From positions 28,024,001 through 28,088,000 of the forward strand of contig NC_043000.1 in the NCBI RefSeq assembly GCF_006345805.1: DNA of 64,000 bases, in the 5' to 3' direction. A model generated the notes under the pieces. It saw nothing but the letters and a program-made list of their open reading frames with translations. It was not told the DNA's origin and searched no databases. Shown piece after piece: positions 52,754 to 64,000 of the stretch; the first letter of the stretch is position 1; each line of letters starts with the position of its first letter. Position numbers and translations under genes: made by a program. The DNA comes from Octopus sinensis (taxonomy: Eukaryota).

Positions 52754-52787
<34 letters not shown>

Positions 52788-53689
52788 TTCACTCACTCAC
52801 TCACTCACTCACTCATTCTGTTCCCTTCACTATATATTTCTTTATCTGTTTCTATTTTACTCGTCAAGATTTTCAGCTTCTCTCGCTCATATTCAATTCA
52901 CTTCTAATTCAGACAGCTCCATATCTCAACCACGATTCCCTCCTACTCCTATTCCTCCTTTTCCTACTCTCATTCTACTCCTCCTCCCTCACTCTATTCT
53001 CCTCTTTCCATCTCCCATCTTCCCCCCAATCGTTTTTTTTTTCTTGTATACCATTTCAAAAACCGCCATTATATCCTATGACATCTGCTTAGAAATGGCA
53101 GTCCCTCCAATACTGTGGTTTTATTATATAGGCTCAGCCACCGCAACCTCTACTGGTCCTTCAATAACGTTGACAAGAGCTTAATCAGCATTCTTTTATA
53201 TCTTCTCATCGATGTACAATTGTCCATTTTCTAGATCCATCCGTAATATCGTCAGATTCCATTGACTTCCTTAATTTGACTACACAATACCATATGTCCT
53301 GTCTTTACCATTTGTTAAGATTCACTGTTGTTATTCTCGTTCATGTTTCTGTTCCTCCTGTTGCTATTATTGTTGTTTTGCTGTTGTTGGGAGCGTTGGT
53401 GATGGTGATGGAGGTGTCGGCTGCAGAGGCGGCGGTGGTGGTGGTGGATGGTTGTTTGGTTGGTTGTGGTGGAGTTTCTTAATTCATGTTTGTTTCTTTT
53501 TTTTATTTATTCAGTATATATTTCGTTTTCTTATTTGATGTGTCTGTTGTTAGCTTTACTTTTTTTCTCCCCTAACATTCGTCAGTGACGCAATTGTCAC
53601 AACATTACAACTATCAACCTGAATTTCGTCAACATCATATTCCTCATCCTTGCGATCGACATCATCAGTATCATTATCAATATCATTAT

Positions 53690-54143
53690 CCTATTTCTTT
53701 ACTACCCACACGGGGCTAAACACAGAGAACACAAACAATGACAGGCAAAAGGATTAAGTCGATTATATCGACCCCAGTGCGTAACTGGTACTTAATTTAT
53801 CGACCCCGAAAGGATGAAAGGCAAAGTCGACCTCGGCGGAATTTGAACAAAGAACGTAACGGCAAACGAAATACGGCTATGAATTTCCGACGGCGTGCTA
53901 ACGTTTCTTCTTTCTTTACTGCCCACAAGGGGCTAAACATAGAGTGGACAAACAAGGACAGACAAAGGGATTAAGTCGATTACATCAACCCCAGTGCGAA
54001 ACTGGTACTTTATTTATCGACCCCGAAAGGATGAAAGGCAAACTCGACCTCGGCGGAATTTGAACTCAGAACGTAACGGCAGACGGAATACGGCTACGAA
54101 TTTCGCCCAGCGTGCTAACGTTTCTGCCAGCTCGCCGCCTTTA
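53690..54143 (-). mobile_element. Family A SINE tandem pair
   Basis: Two consecutive A units, one lacking the first ~20 nt. Confidence 0.9.
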
Positions 54144-54210
54144 TCAATATCATTATCATCATGAATATTATATGACGGCTGTAGTATTTAAACACTATAT
54201 ATTTTACAAT

Positions 54211-54592
54211 GTGGAAGCACAATGGCCAGTGGTTAGGGCAACGGATTCGCGGTCGTAGGATCGCGGTTTCGATTCCCAGACCGGGCAATGTGAGTGTTTA
54301 TTGAGCGAAAACACCTAAAACTCCAGGAGGCTCCGGCAGGGGATGGTGGCGAACCCTGTGGTACTGTTTCCCCACAGCTTTCTCTCACTCTTTCTTCATG
54401 TTTCTGTTGTACCTGTATTTCCAAGGGTCAGTCTTGTCATACTGCGTGTCATGCTGAATCTCCCTGAGAACTACGTTAAATGTATACGTGTCTGTGAAGT
54501 GTTCAGCCACTTCTACGTGAATTTCACATGCAGACTGTTCTATTGATCGGATCAGTTGGAACACTCGTCGTCGTAATCGACGGAGTGCCACG
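54211..54592 (+). mobile_element. Family C2 SINE, full length
   Basis: Same tRNA head as C1 but a different 3' body (cacgctgaatctccc..gagaactacgtt type). Confidence 0.85.
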
Positions 54593-54869
54593 AATTTTAC
54601 AATACGTATATATATTTTTTTCAGCATGTTTGCTTTGACAAAATAATAATTTTAAATTTCCTTATTCTCGTCAAAGGCTGCTTCAGCAACAGGTCTTGTG
54701 TAAGTGACTGATCATTCTGAAAGAAAATATAGTAACGGGGGAACTCCTCCGGGTTTAATAAAGTTTATAGCTGGGGGCAAAGGAAAATATCCTAATATTT
54801 CAACCACAGCAAAAAGCGGGTGAGGAAAAGTGTGGACGTTGCTTTTTTAAATATGAGTCAAAGTAAAAT

Positions 54870-55042
54870 CTTCGTAGTGGCTCTGTAGTAAGTAGCTTGC
54901 TTACCAACCACATGGTTCCAAGTTCAGTCCCATTGCGTGGCACCTTGGGCAAGTGCCTTCTACTATAGCCTCGGGCTGACCAAAGCCTTGTGAGTGGATT
55001 TGGTAGACGGAAACTGAAAGAAGCCCGTCGTATATATGTATG

Positions 55043-55077
<35 letters not shown>

Positions 55078-55285
55078 ATGTGTGTGTATATGTTTGTGTG
55101 TTTGTGTTTGTCCCCCCAGCATCGCTTGACAACCGATGCTGGTGTGTTTACGTCCCCGTAACTGAGCGGTTTAACAAAAGAGATCGATAATATAAGTACT
55201 AGACTTACAAAGAATAAGTCCTGGGGTCGATTTGCTCGACTAAAGGCAGTACTCCTGCATGGCCACAGTCAAATGACTGAAACAA
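54870..55285 (+). mobile_element. Family B SINE, full length
   Basis: As other B copies. Confidence 0.9.
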
Positions 55286-56982
55286 TTAAAAGAGTAAAAG
55301 AGTTAATTATTTCAAGACATTGACATAAAAAAAAACCCTAGGTAGAATAAGGGCGGAGAACTGGCAGAATCGCTACTGCACCCGAAAAAATGCTTGATAA
55401 CTTTTCCTCCGACTTTAGGTTCTGAGGCTGACTTTGAGCTTCGTCCTTACCCGGATCGATAAAATAATCGATAAAAATTAGGTGAGTACTTACTCCTTCC
55501 CTCAAAATTGCTGACCTCATACCAAAGTTTGAAATCAGTAATATAGACAGGACATCGAAAACATATTCACGAAAATAAAGATAAATTAATTAGAATAAGG
55601 CATTGAGTTAAAATGCTTAATAATAAGTAAAAGAAAAAATTTAAAGAGGATTGTAATTATGAAGAGTTGTACAACATTATATCTGAATATAATCGCACAT
55701 TATTAATATGATTAGCTGAACATTCAAGTGTATTTTTCTTTATCTACTTTGGTAAGGCAGTATTTAATACGCAGATAATTGTTAAATGAATATAAAATGA
55801 AAGAGTAATCGAATAACAGAGGGTGAAAGAGAGATGACAGGCAATGAGAGAGAGAGAGAGAGAGAGAGTGAAAAGGAAGGGAAACGGAGATATTGAGAAT
55901 AATATGGATATAGTAAACTATTCCACGGAGATTTCTGCGAGCGAAAATGTCTAGTATATTTTTGGAACAAAGGATCCAAATGCAAATGCTGTATGTAGTA
56001 TTCTCGAAGAATACGTATATAAATAAAATCGATTGAGAACTTGATAAAGTATTTCACTTTGTTTTTTACTTTCTTTTCTCATATTGTACATATTAGATAT
56101 TCAAGACAGCAGTATCATACGAAAAATCGAAGAGAAATGCACGTATTGGTGTTTAAAACAGATATAATTAAAGTTAGAGCATATATCATTGTACAACTTT
56201 TGCCTTAAAGCCCAATATTTATTCTTTACTCAAGACGTGATACTCATCTCATATTATTTCTCCTATAATATAGACGAGAGAATAAAGCCAGCTATTTTTC
56301 TCGTAGTGTTTCCTAACTTTTACTATTAACATTTGATAAATGTAAACAGAATAGTCGAGAATGTTTTTCTCATTCTTATCTTAGTCGTGGTTTAGGTATG
56401 GAGGTAATACTTATAATGTTAATAAGTATTTTTACATGCTTCTTTTCTTTTTTTTTTACCATGCAAAGCTTTTATGCAATACTGTTACAATTTAAACACC
56501 AACAGTGGTTTTATACATTAGATTGATTTCCTTTCGATAAGTTATCCAGCCCCAGATTTTAGAGGAAGATGTAAAATTGAGTTTCGTGGGGTATAACAGT
56601 TCGAACAAAAAAGTAGACATTCGATGCAATAACAGAATCTAATAGAGTGTACTTCCAGCTTCATTATGCAACTGCATATTTTGAATTTACTAAAATTATA
56701 TATCATTCTGCTACTAAGATGGATTTTCAATTTGTAAAATGTTCGTGTTATCATCATAGCTGTTATCACTCAGGCAAACCCCATTATTACTGGACCTATA
56801 CTTAGTAGCTTTCTTTGTTGGAGGAAGAAAGCCAGCGACTTTCATGGGGCCTCTGACTCTGATGAGAAGGGTTGCTCAGTAGGATATCCTTCCTGCATCT
56901 TGCCACAGAGTGGACTCTCCTAGAAGTACACACAAGCGAATGTGTCTGGCGCTAAACCGGATAACGAATGCATGTTCCATTA

Positions 56983-57541
56983 AGGCGGCAAGCTAGATGA
57001 AATGCTTAGAGGTATTTCTCCCGTCGCTACGTTCTGCGTTCAAATTCCGCTGAGATTGACTTAGCCTTTCATCCTTTCGGGGTCGATTAAGCAAGTACCA
57101 GTTACGCACTGGGGTCGATATAATCAACTTAATCCGTTTGTCTGTCCTTGTTTGGCCCCTCTGTGTATAGCCCCTTGTGGGTAGTAAAGAAATAGATATT
57201 TCGTCTGTCCTCACGTTCTGAGTTCAAATTCCGCCGAAGTCGACTTTGCCTTTCATCCTTTCGGGGTCGATAAATTAAGTACCAGTTAAGCACTAGGGGC
57301 GATATAATCGATTTAATCCGTCTGTCTGTCTTTGTTTGTCTCCTCTGTGTTTAGACCCTTGTGAGTAGTAAAGAAATAGATATTTCGCCTGTCTTCATGT
57401 TCTGAGTTCAAATTCCCCCGACGTCGACTTTGCCTTCTAGCTTTTCGGGTTTGATAAATTAAGTACCAGTTGCGTGCTGAGGTCGATCTAATCGATTGGC
57501 CCCCTCCCCAAAATTTCAGGACTTGTGCCTAGAGTAGAAAA
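56983..57541 (+). mobile_element. Family A SINE cluster of three tandem units, the last with the A2 tail
   Basis: Units 2 and 3 are headless and joined at gaaata-gatatttcg. Confidence 0.9.
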
Positions 57542-58305
57542 ATGCTTGTTCTATTGCCATCGTTATGTATATATGTGCCATCAGGATATATTATATATGT
57601 GAATAGAATTTTTTTAGCTCCCGATCACGCGATATCTCTCTTGAATAAGCGTCTATATTTTAAACAGCAGATATGTTTCTAAACTGCTTGACGCAGAGAA
57701 AGCTAATGTTTAATATTAAATAGATAACTAGATAACACTTCTTTCAGATGCATCTTACATAGCAGGGAATAAATGAAAGCAAAAGTCTATTTAAATCATG
57801 TTTAATTAATAGAATTTTATAATACACAAAGCGACACATAATCCATCAATACTTCTGGCTTGCTGCAACGTAACAGTGTCTAGATTGAATCATAAAAAAA
57901 GAGTAAATTAATTATAATATTTGTTTAACAATAATTACACGAACTTTTTTTTTTAAATTGTTATTAACTGACAGCCATAACAGTTTAAATACAAACATCC
58001 TTCGAATAAAAATGCAAGACATATTTTACAATAAATAATACGTGACATTGATTAATGTTTTCCATCGTTTACGGGACAGTTTTAATATTCCCACTTGCTG
58101 AAATACAGCTTCACATATGTTTCTCAACGACCAGCATCTTAAGTTTGATATATATTATGTCATATATTCCTTAAATACATTGATTTCAAAGTTTGGCACC
58201 AGGCCAGTAAATTTGAGGAATTTGAACTCGGAGCGCAAAGACAGAAAATGGCGCTAAGCATTTTTTCCTGCTCGCTGCCTAATATTGTAGTAAATATTAG
58301 CTATA

Positions 58306-58712
58306 AGACGCAGGAGTGGCTGTGTGGTAAGTAGTTTGCTTACGAACCACATGGTTCCGATTTCAGTCCCACTGCGTGTCTCCTTGGGCAAGTGTCTTTT
58401 ACTATAGCCTCGGGCCGACCAAAGCCATATGCGCGGATTTGGTTGACGGAAACTGAAAGAAGCCTGTCGTATATATGTATATATTTGTATGTGTGTGTAT
58501 ACGTTAGTGTGTCTGTGTCTGTCCCACCCAACATCGCTTGACAGTCGATGGTGGTGTTTAGGTGCCCGTAACTTAGCGGTTCGGCAAAATAGACCAATAG
58601 AGTAAGTACTAGGCTTCCAAAGAATCAGTCCTGGGGTCGATTTGCTCGACTAAAGGTGGTGCTCCAACATGGTCGTAGTCAAGTGACTGAAACAAGTAAA
58701 AGGGTAAAAGAG
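58306..58712 (+). mobile_element. Family B SINE, full length
   Basis: As other B copies. Confidence 0.9.
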
Positions 58713-58869
58713 AGAGTAAACAGTATAAGAATTAATATTATGCCTATATATTTATAAATGTATACATAATGGTCACTAGGATTCCTAAAATTGTATACCC
58801 GATTTGCATGGTGTATAGATGATTAAAATCCCAACACAGCTGTGAATAGGACACTGGTTCGTTGCGGTG

Positions 58870-59105
58870 TTGAGCACTGAGGGTCGACTTACCTCCGACC
58901 CCGAATTTTCTGACCTTATGCCAAAATGCTTAGCGGTATTTCGTCCGTCTTTACCTTCTCCAATTTGAAATTTCGCCGAGGTTGACTTTGTGTTTCATCC
59001 TTTCGGGGTCAAGGAAAATAAGTACCAGCTAAACTGTGCACTCGATGCAATCGACTTACCCCTTAACCGAATTGGCTGGTTATGTACCAAAATTTGAAAC
59101 CAGTT
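58870..59105 (+). mobile_element. Degenerate family A-type SINE
   Basis: gcttagcggtatttcgtc ... tttcatcctttcggggtc .. aagtaccag. Confidence 0.7.
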
Positions 59106-59107
59106 CT

Positions 59108-59143
<36 letters not shown>

Positions 59144-59651
59144 GTGTGTGCGTGTGTGTATAATATAATATAAATATATGCATATATATATATATATGTA
59201 CATACCTACATATATATCTATATATATATGAATATATAGGTACAGGGCATCAAAAAAACGTTGAACACAATGAGAAACGAAAACAAAAACAAAAACATAG
59301 AAAACGAACTTTTTTTCGAACAACGCAAAACACAAACAGAGAAACGAGACATGCAGCATAAAGAATATTCCCCTTCATCAGTTGTCCCTGTTTCATCTAT
59401 TCTGCGTCTCGAAGGTAAGTATGATACACGACTTCGTTGAAACAGTCCTTCCAGCAAAGCCAACTAAATAAAATTTGGGATTTTTTGCGGAGGTTGGAAG
59501 TGGTAACAAGAACAGGACAGTGAGAACAAGACAGTAAAAACTAACGGTGAGGGCTGTTAAACCAAGACGGTAGAAAAATTATTATGAACGCTAAGAGGGC
59601 AAGTTTATGAGACGAGACAGGTATAAGCACGTGTTGTCTTTGGGAATACAT

Positions 59652-59858
59652 ATCACCTTGATCACCTTGACCGACCTGTCCGTCAGGCGTCTATTTGACA
59701 CCGCTGGTCACAGCACGTTGTCCATTCCTCTCTGGATCGCGCCTTTCTCATCCACGTGATCCCAATCGTCCTCCTGAAATCGTAACTCCACCATCGTGGA
59801 GGTCTTCCGGGTGGTCGTTTCCGCTCGCGCGGGTACCAATGTAGTCTCCAATGCAAGC
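59652..59858 (-). pseudogene. RTE-clade LINE extreme 3' end
   Basis: LHWYPRERKRPPGRPPRWW..D...IGITWMRKARSREEW, stop at 59683-59685, then a (caaggtgat)2 tail. Confidence 0.8.
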
Positions 59859-60191
59859 AAACATCTACACATCTATCGATGACACTGAAGATTATGTATA
59901 CTGTATGCATTCATCTTTCAATGGAATTATCAACGCAATTAATGTTAATGGTAATTAGTTTGGTAATTACAGTTTAGCAACAGCTACAGATATATTTCGG
60001 AATATAAAAAAAAATCATTTTGCCAACCAAATTTTTTCTTCAAAACAACCACACCTATAGATATTACATAAATGAGTGGATGTATATACACATATATATA
60101 TTCACTCATCTCTCTCTCTCTCTCTCCCTTTCTGTCTCCCTCTCCCACCCTTCATGTATATATATATATGTAATATATATATATATATATT

Positions 60192-60261
60192 TAAGACCTA
60201 TCTATAAATGCTCTAATATATATACAGCCTTGGTTTTTTTATCTCATTACGCAAAAAATTC
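60192..60261 (+). mobile_element. Truncated copy of the 22478-22631 element, embedded in (TA)n
   Basis: taagacc..tctataaatg.tctaatat.tatacagccttggttttttt..tcattacgcaaaaaattc shared with 22557-22631. Confidence 0.85.
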
Positions 60262-60840
60262 ATATATATATATATATATATATATAATAGAATAATTACC
60301 ATGAAGCACTGTGTAGAATATATTGTATAAAGGATCGTGGGTAAGGCCAAAACAATGCAAAGTAAATGCACATGGGTTTAATTCCCCTCCCCTCTTCATC
60401 TCACGTCTACTTCCACTCCTCGCTTCTTCCCATCACCTTTCACCAATACCCCTTCTTCCCACACCCCACACATATCACTCCCACAGAACCACCCCTACCC
60501 CATATTCTCACCCCAAACCCACACACCATCCTCTCATCCCCACACCCCAACACCGCCACACCACACAACATCACGCCACACCACACCACATCGCACCACC
60601 CCGCACACACTAGCACTGACCACTTCCCAGCACCCACACCATCATCCACACAACCACACATTACAGACATACACACTTACATACGAACACATTCACACGT
60701 CAAAGTCACCAGCCCCTCTCCACACGCGCACACACACTCACACATACACACATACACACCTTCGTTTTGGGATCACCAATACTCTATTTTCTCCCCTTCT
60801 AACTACCTGGCTTTCCTGTCTAACTACCTTTGTCCAGCCA

Positions 60841-61014
60841 GTCGCCATGACTGACCGCTAAATCCAAAATTTTTATTCTTTCCGAGTTTCTTTATATTAA
60901 AGAGCGTAGGCTCGAAACGTAAAATACTTTCTCACCTTCCAGAGTGTCGAACTATTACATTTGCTTGTTGTTTATACACCTGTCTTCGTCTTTTATTTTT
61001 TTGTAAATTTCAAC
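60841..61014 (+). mobile_element. Family G element, copy 2 (HHR core decayed)
   Basis: GTCGCCATG start; aagagcgtaggctcgaaacgtaaaa at 60900-60924; ends at TA-rich sequence. Confidence 0.7.
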
Positions 61015-61143
61015 TATATAAATATATATATATTCTTTTACATGTTTCAGCTTTGAGAATATGGCCATGCCGAGGCACCGCCAGTATATGTATTTGTGTG
61101 TGTGTGTTTGTGCGTGTGTGTATACATATATATATAGTAAAGA

Positions 61144-61333
61144 GTCGCCATGATAGATCGGTAGCCACTACACACATTGTTTTCTCCTTGTTTCTTTCTG
61201 TGTTCCTTTCTGTGGAAGAGCGTAGGCTCGAAACGTAAAAGACTTTTTTCAATTCCCGAGCGTTATACTAATTCAGCTGTTTGTTTTCTACACCACCTAT
61301 CTTCGTCTTGTATTTTTTCGTGAATTCTCCCCC
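61144..61333 (+). mobile_element. Family G element, copy 3
   Basis: GTCGCCATG start; HHR fold at 61206-61241 (CTTT CTGTGGAA GAGC-GTAG-GCTC GAAA CGTA AAAG); ends at (TA)n. Confidence 0.75.
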
Positions 61334-61338
61334 TATAT

Positions 61339-61398
<60 letters not shown>

Positions 61399-61432
61399 TA
61401 TATACACATATATATATATGTATGTATGTATG

Positions 61433-61466
<34 letters not shown>

Positions 61467-61577
61467 TGTATGTATGTATGTATGTGTGCGTCTGTTTGTG
61501 TTTGTATGTATATGCATATATATATATATATATATATAATATATATATATATATATGCATATGAGCATACATATATA

Positions 61578-61748
61578 CTCTGTATGACATAACTAGTAAT
61601 ACGACAAATTACAGCTGAATATTTTCTACATGATACCTAACGTGAGTTGTAACGCATATAGTAGTAGACGTATAGCTAATTGTAAACACAAGAAAGAGAG
61701 AGAGAGCGACGGAGTCAGAGATAGAGAAGATCTTGAGTTTAGATAAAT
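61578..61748. repeat. Unclassified ~175-bp dispersed repeat, copy 2
   Basis: Aligns with 1613-1788. Confidence 0.85.
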
Positions 61749-62579
61749 ACATATATTTTATTATACTATTTTAAAATTTTAATCTGTTTTGCCCGCTTAT
61801 GTTCTGGTGTTTGCTGAATTTTCTCTGGAGAACATTCTTTTCTTGGTAGTTAGATCGTATGTGATCTTCTTCTAGCGTATTGGTTATCTACCTAGTGGTT
61901 TATCCCTAAATATACACATATATTATATTATATATATAATGAGTGTATACATGCACGCATACACACACACACATGCATACGCATGAAAACACTCGAAGAG
62001 ACAAATACGCGTGTGCACATCTACCTTCACCAATATTAAACTAATATTTGCCTCAATATTATGTGAATATCGGATGATTAATACATAACTGACTGCGAAA
62101 TGTCGATAGTGAATCTTTGAATGTTCAAGTCTAATTAGAAGCTAAAATAATTGGTTTAAAAGAACAAGCCTTATCTTTGGAAATAATTCTATAGAAACGT
62201 ATTCGGGCAGTCACTTATGAATAAAAATGTTGCACAGAAAAGCCAATAATACCGCTTATTGCACAGTGTTTTGTATACTGCTATAAAAACGGTTAATAAC
62301 CGTTACATGCAATAATGAAAACTTGGTTATAATTGAAGTCTTGGCGTATGTAAAGATTGGGATATATTATGGTGGATAGGATATCAAACATTCTTTTATT
62401 CTTTTATTTGTTTCAGTCATTTGACTGCGGCCATGCTGGAGCACCGCCTTTATTCGAACGAATCGAGTCCAGGACTTATTCTTGATAAGCTTAGTACTTA
62501 TTTTATCGGAGATGCTAAGTACGGCGATGTATCCAATACAATTGTTGTCAAGCGATGGTAGGGGGATAAACTCAGACAG

Positions 62580-62870
62580 TCAGTCATAGTGGTTAGTGCA
62601 GCGGACTAGCGGGCGAGGGATCGCGAATTCGAACATCAGACCGGGCGATGTGTGAGTTTATGAGGGAAACACCTAAGTTCCACGCGGCTCCGGCAGAGGG
62701 TAGTGGCGAACTTCTGCTGACTCTTTCGCCACAACTTTCTCTCACTCTTTCCTCCTGCATCACTTAGCTCACCTGCGACGGACCGGCATCCCGACCAGGT
62801 GAGGAACTTATACGCCAAGGAAACCGGGAAACCGGCCCTGTGTGCCAGGCATGGCTTAAGACGGAACAAG
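62580..62870 (+). mobile_element. Family C1 SINE
   Basis: agtggttagtgcagcggac head; ctgcgacggaccggcatcccgaccagg block. Confidence 0.85.
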
Positions 62871-62878
62871 TATATATA

Positions 62879-62899
<21 letters not shown>

Positions 62900-62909
<10 letters not shown>

Positions 62910-63068
62910 CGAAGGACATCTTTAAGTTTCTGTCTACCAGATTCACTCACAAGGCTTTGGTTGGCGCGAGGCTATAGAAGAAGACACGTACCTAGTGTGC
63001 CACGCTATAAGACTGAACACGAAATCATATGGTTGGGAAGCAAGCTTCTTACTACACAGCCACGCCTG
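62900..63068 (-). mobile_element. Family B SINE 5' half
   Basis: ccagattcactcacaaggctttgg ... cttactacacagccac. Confidence 0.8.
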
Positions 63069-63269
63069 CCAACGTCTGCGCGAACTTACACCCAAAACAT
63101 CATATACACACAAAAAAGCAACATAGTGTATCACATAAAATTATAAATATATTGAGGAACGTAAAGTGTGAACGTACGATGTAAAATTCGTCGTATTTAC
63201 GAGATTAATTTATATAACTGTTTCAAATTAAAACAACAACGGCCGGAGTCTTGGTGGAAGGGATGAGTC

Positions 63270-63480
63270 GATTACATCGTCCTCTGTGTGTTTGTCTAGT
63301 ACCAACACTTGACAACCGGTGTTGGTTTGTTTATATTCACATAACTCGAGTTGTTCAGCAAAAGAGACCGACAGAACTAATACCAGCATAAAATGTGCTC
63401 ACTCGATTTGTCCGACTAAACCCTTGAAGGCGGTGCCCCAACATGGGCGCAACCCAAACTAAAAACAGTAATAAATAAAG
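63270..63480 (+). mobile_element. Degenerate family B SINE 3' half
   Basis: cttgacaaccggtgttgg..aaaagagaccga..gactaaacccttgaaggcggtgcccc. Confidence 0.75.
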
Positions 63481-63681
63481 GCCGTATGTGTGCATGCATG
63501 CATTTATATATGTGTATGCATATATAGATAATTTAACTGACCATGTAAATATTATGTTCATATGTACGTGTGTGTCTGTTTGCTATGTATTCAATTATGT
63601 ATGGGATGTGTTTCATATTTACTAAATGTTAAGGAGGAACATGCATTTCAATCAACCAATCAATGTGTGTGTGCGTGTGTA

Positions 63682-64000
63682 TGTGGAAAAGCATGTTTTA
63701 CGAACGGAGATCACACCGGCTCACCGTCCAAGAAAATGTGTAAGTGGCGTAGGTACAACACCTGTCTGAGCATTAGTCGTCATGGTATCAGAAGGTGCTG
63801 GCAAAAGATCGACCGCCTGACCAGTGCAAACGCGTTGTTTCCAAGGAAAGAGGAAAAGTAAACGCTCCCGTTCGCCTTGACCATTCAGGGATAATTTTCT
63901 TTCAACCCATTTCTGAGCAGTTTTTGTTCATCTGAATGTCTGAGCCAAACCAGACACTCTGCAATTTCACTAGTCCATCTGTCCATCGACCATCTACAAT
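63682..64000 (-). pseudogene. Tx1/L1-clade LINE ORF2 fragment with internal deletions, running off the window end
   Basis: GRWTDGLVKLQSVWFGSDIQMNKN, RKLSLNG, ERLLFLFPWK, RRSIFCQH, LRHLHIFLDGEPV*SPFVKHAFP; same region and family as 2825-3875. Confidence 0.82.

Noticed and set aside
52118-53184. 324-aa and 175-aa ORFs
   Set aside because: Low-complexity CT/CA/TA tracts lacking stop codons
56860-56900. CTGATGA-GAAGG...CCTTC
   Set aside because: Not followed by GAAA
59350-59396. Minus-strand CTGATGA near GAAAC in a TA-adjacent repeat
   Set aside because: GAAA lies upstream with too little sequence for stems I and III, and none follows stem II

Overview
Eukaryotic, AT-rich, microsatellite-dense DNA. 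The tRNA-derived SINE families look like those of octopus genomes (Octopus sp.; inferred from recognition, not a database search). I can support no intact host protein-coding gene. Nearly all ORFs in the supplied track are translations of (TA)n, (TACA)n, (CAT)n or (CA)n tracts or antisense SINE sequence. Real coding signal is limited to decayed transposons: two Penelope-like elements (PLEs), two Tx1/L1 fragments, two RTE fragments, two R4/Dong-type 3' ends, two Tc1 elements and mariner elements. About 35 SINE copies of at least five families are present. The most interesting layer is RNA structure. At least four different sequence families carry minimal type-I hammerhead ribozyme (HHR) folds with palindromic or near-loopless stem III, several with non-canonical cores. 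Most lie in PLE-type termini next to (TA)n tracts, and two are arranged as inverted repeats. One truncated copy begins at the predicted self-cleavage site. There is also an unexplained 211-nt hairpin with 96-bp arms. PLE-associated minimal HHRs are a known class; these particular families and core variants are untested. All motifs, alignments and coordinates were read by eye, so element boundaries are approximate.
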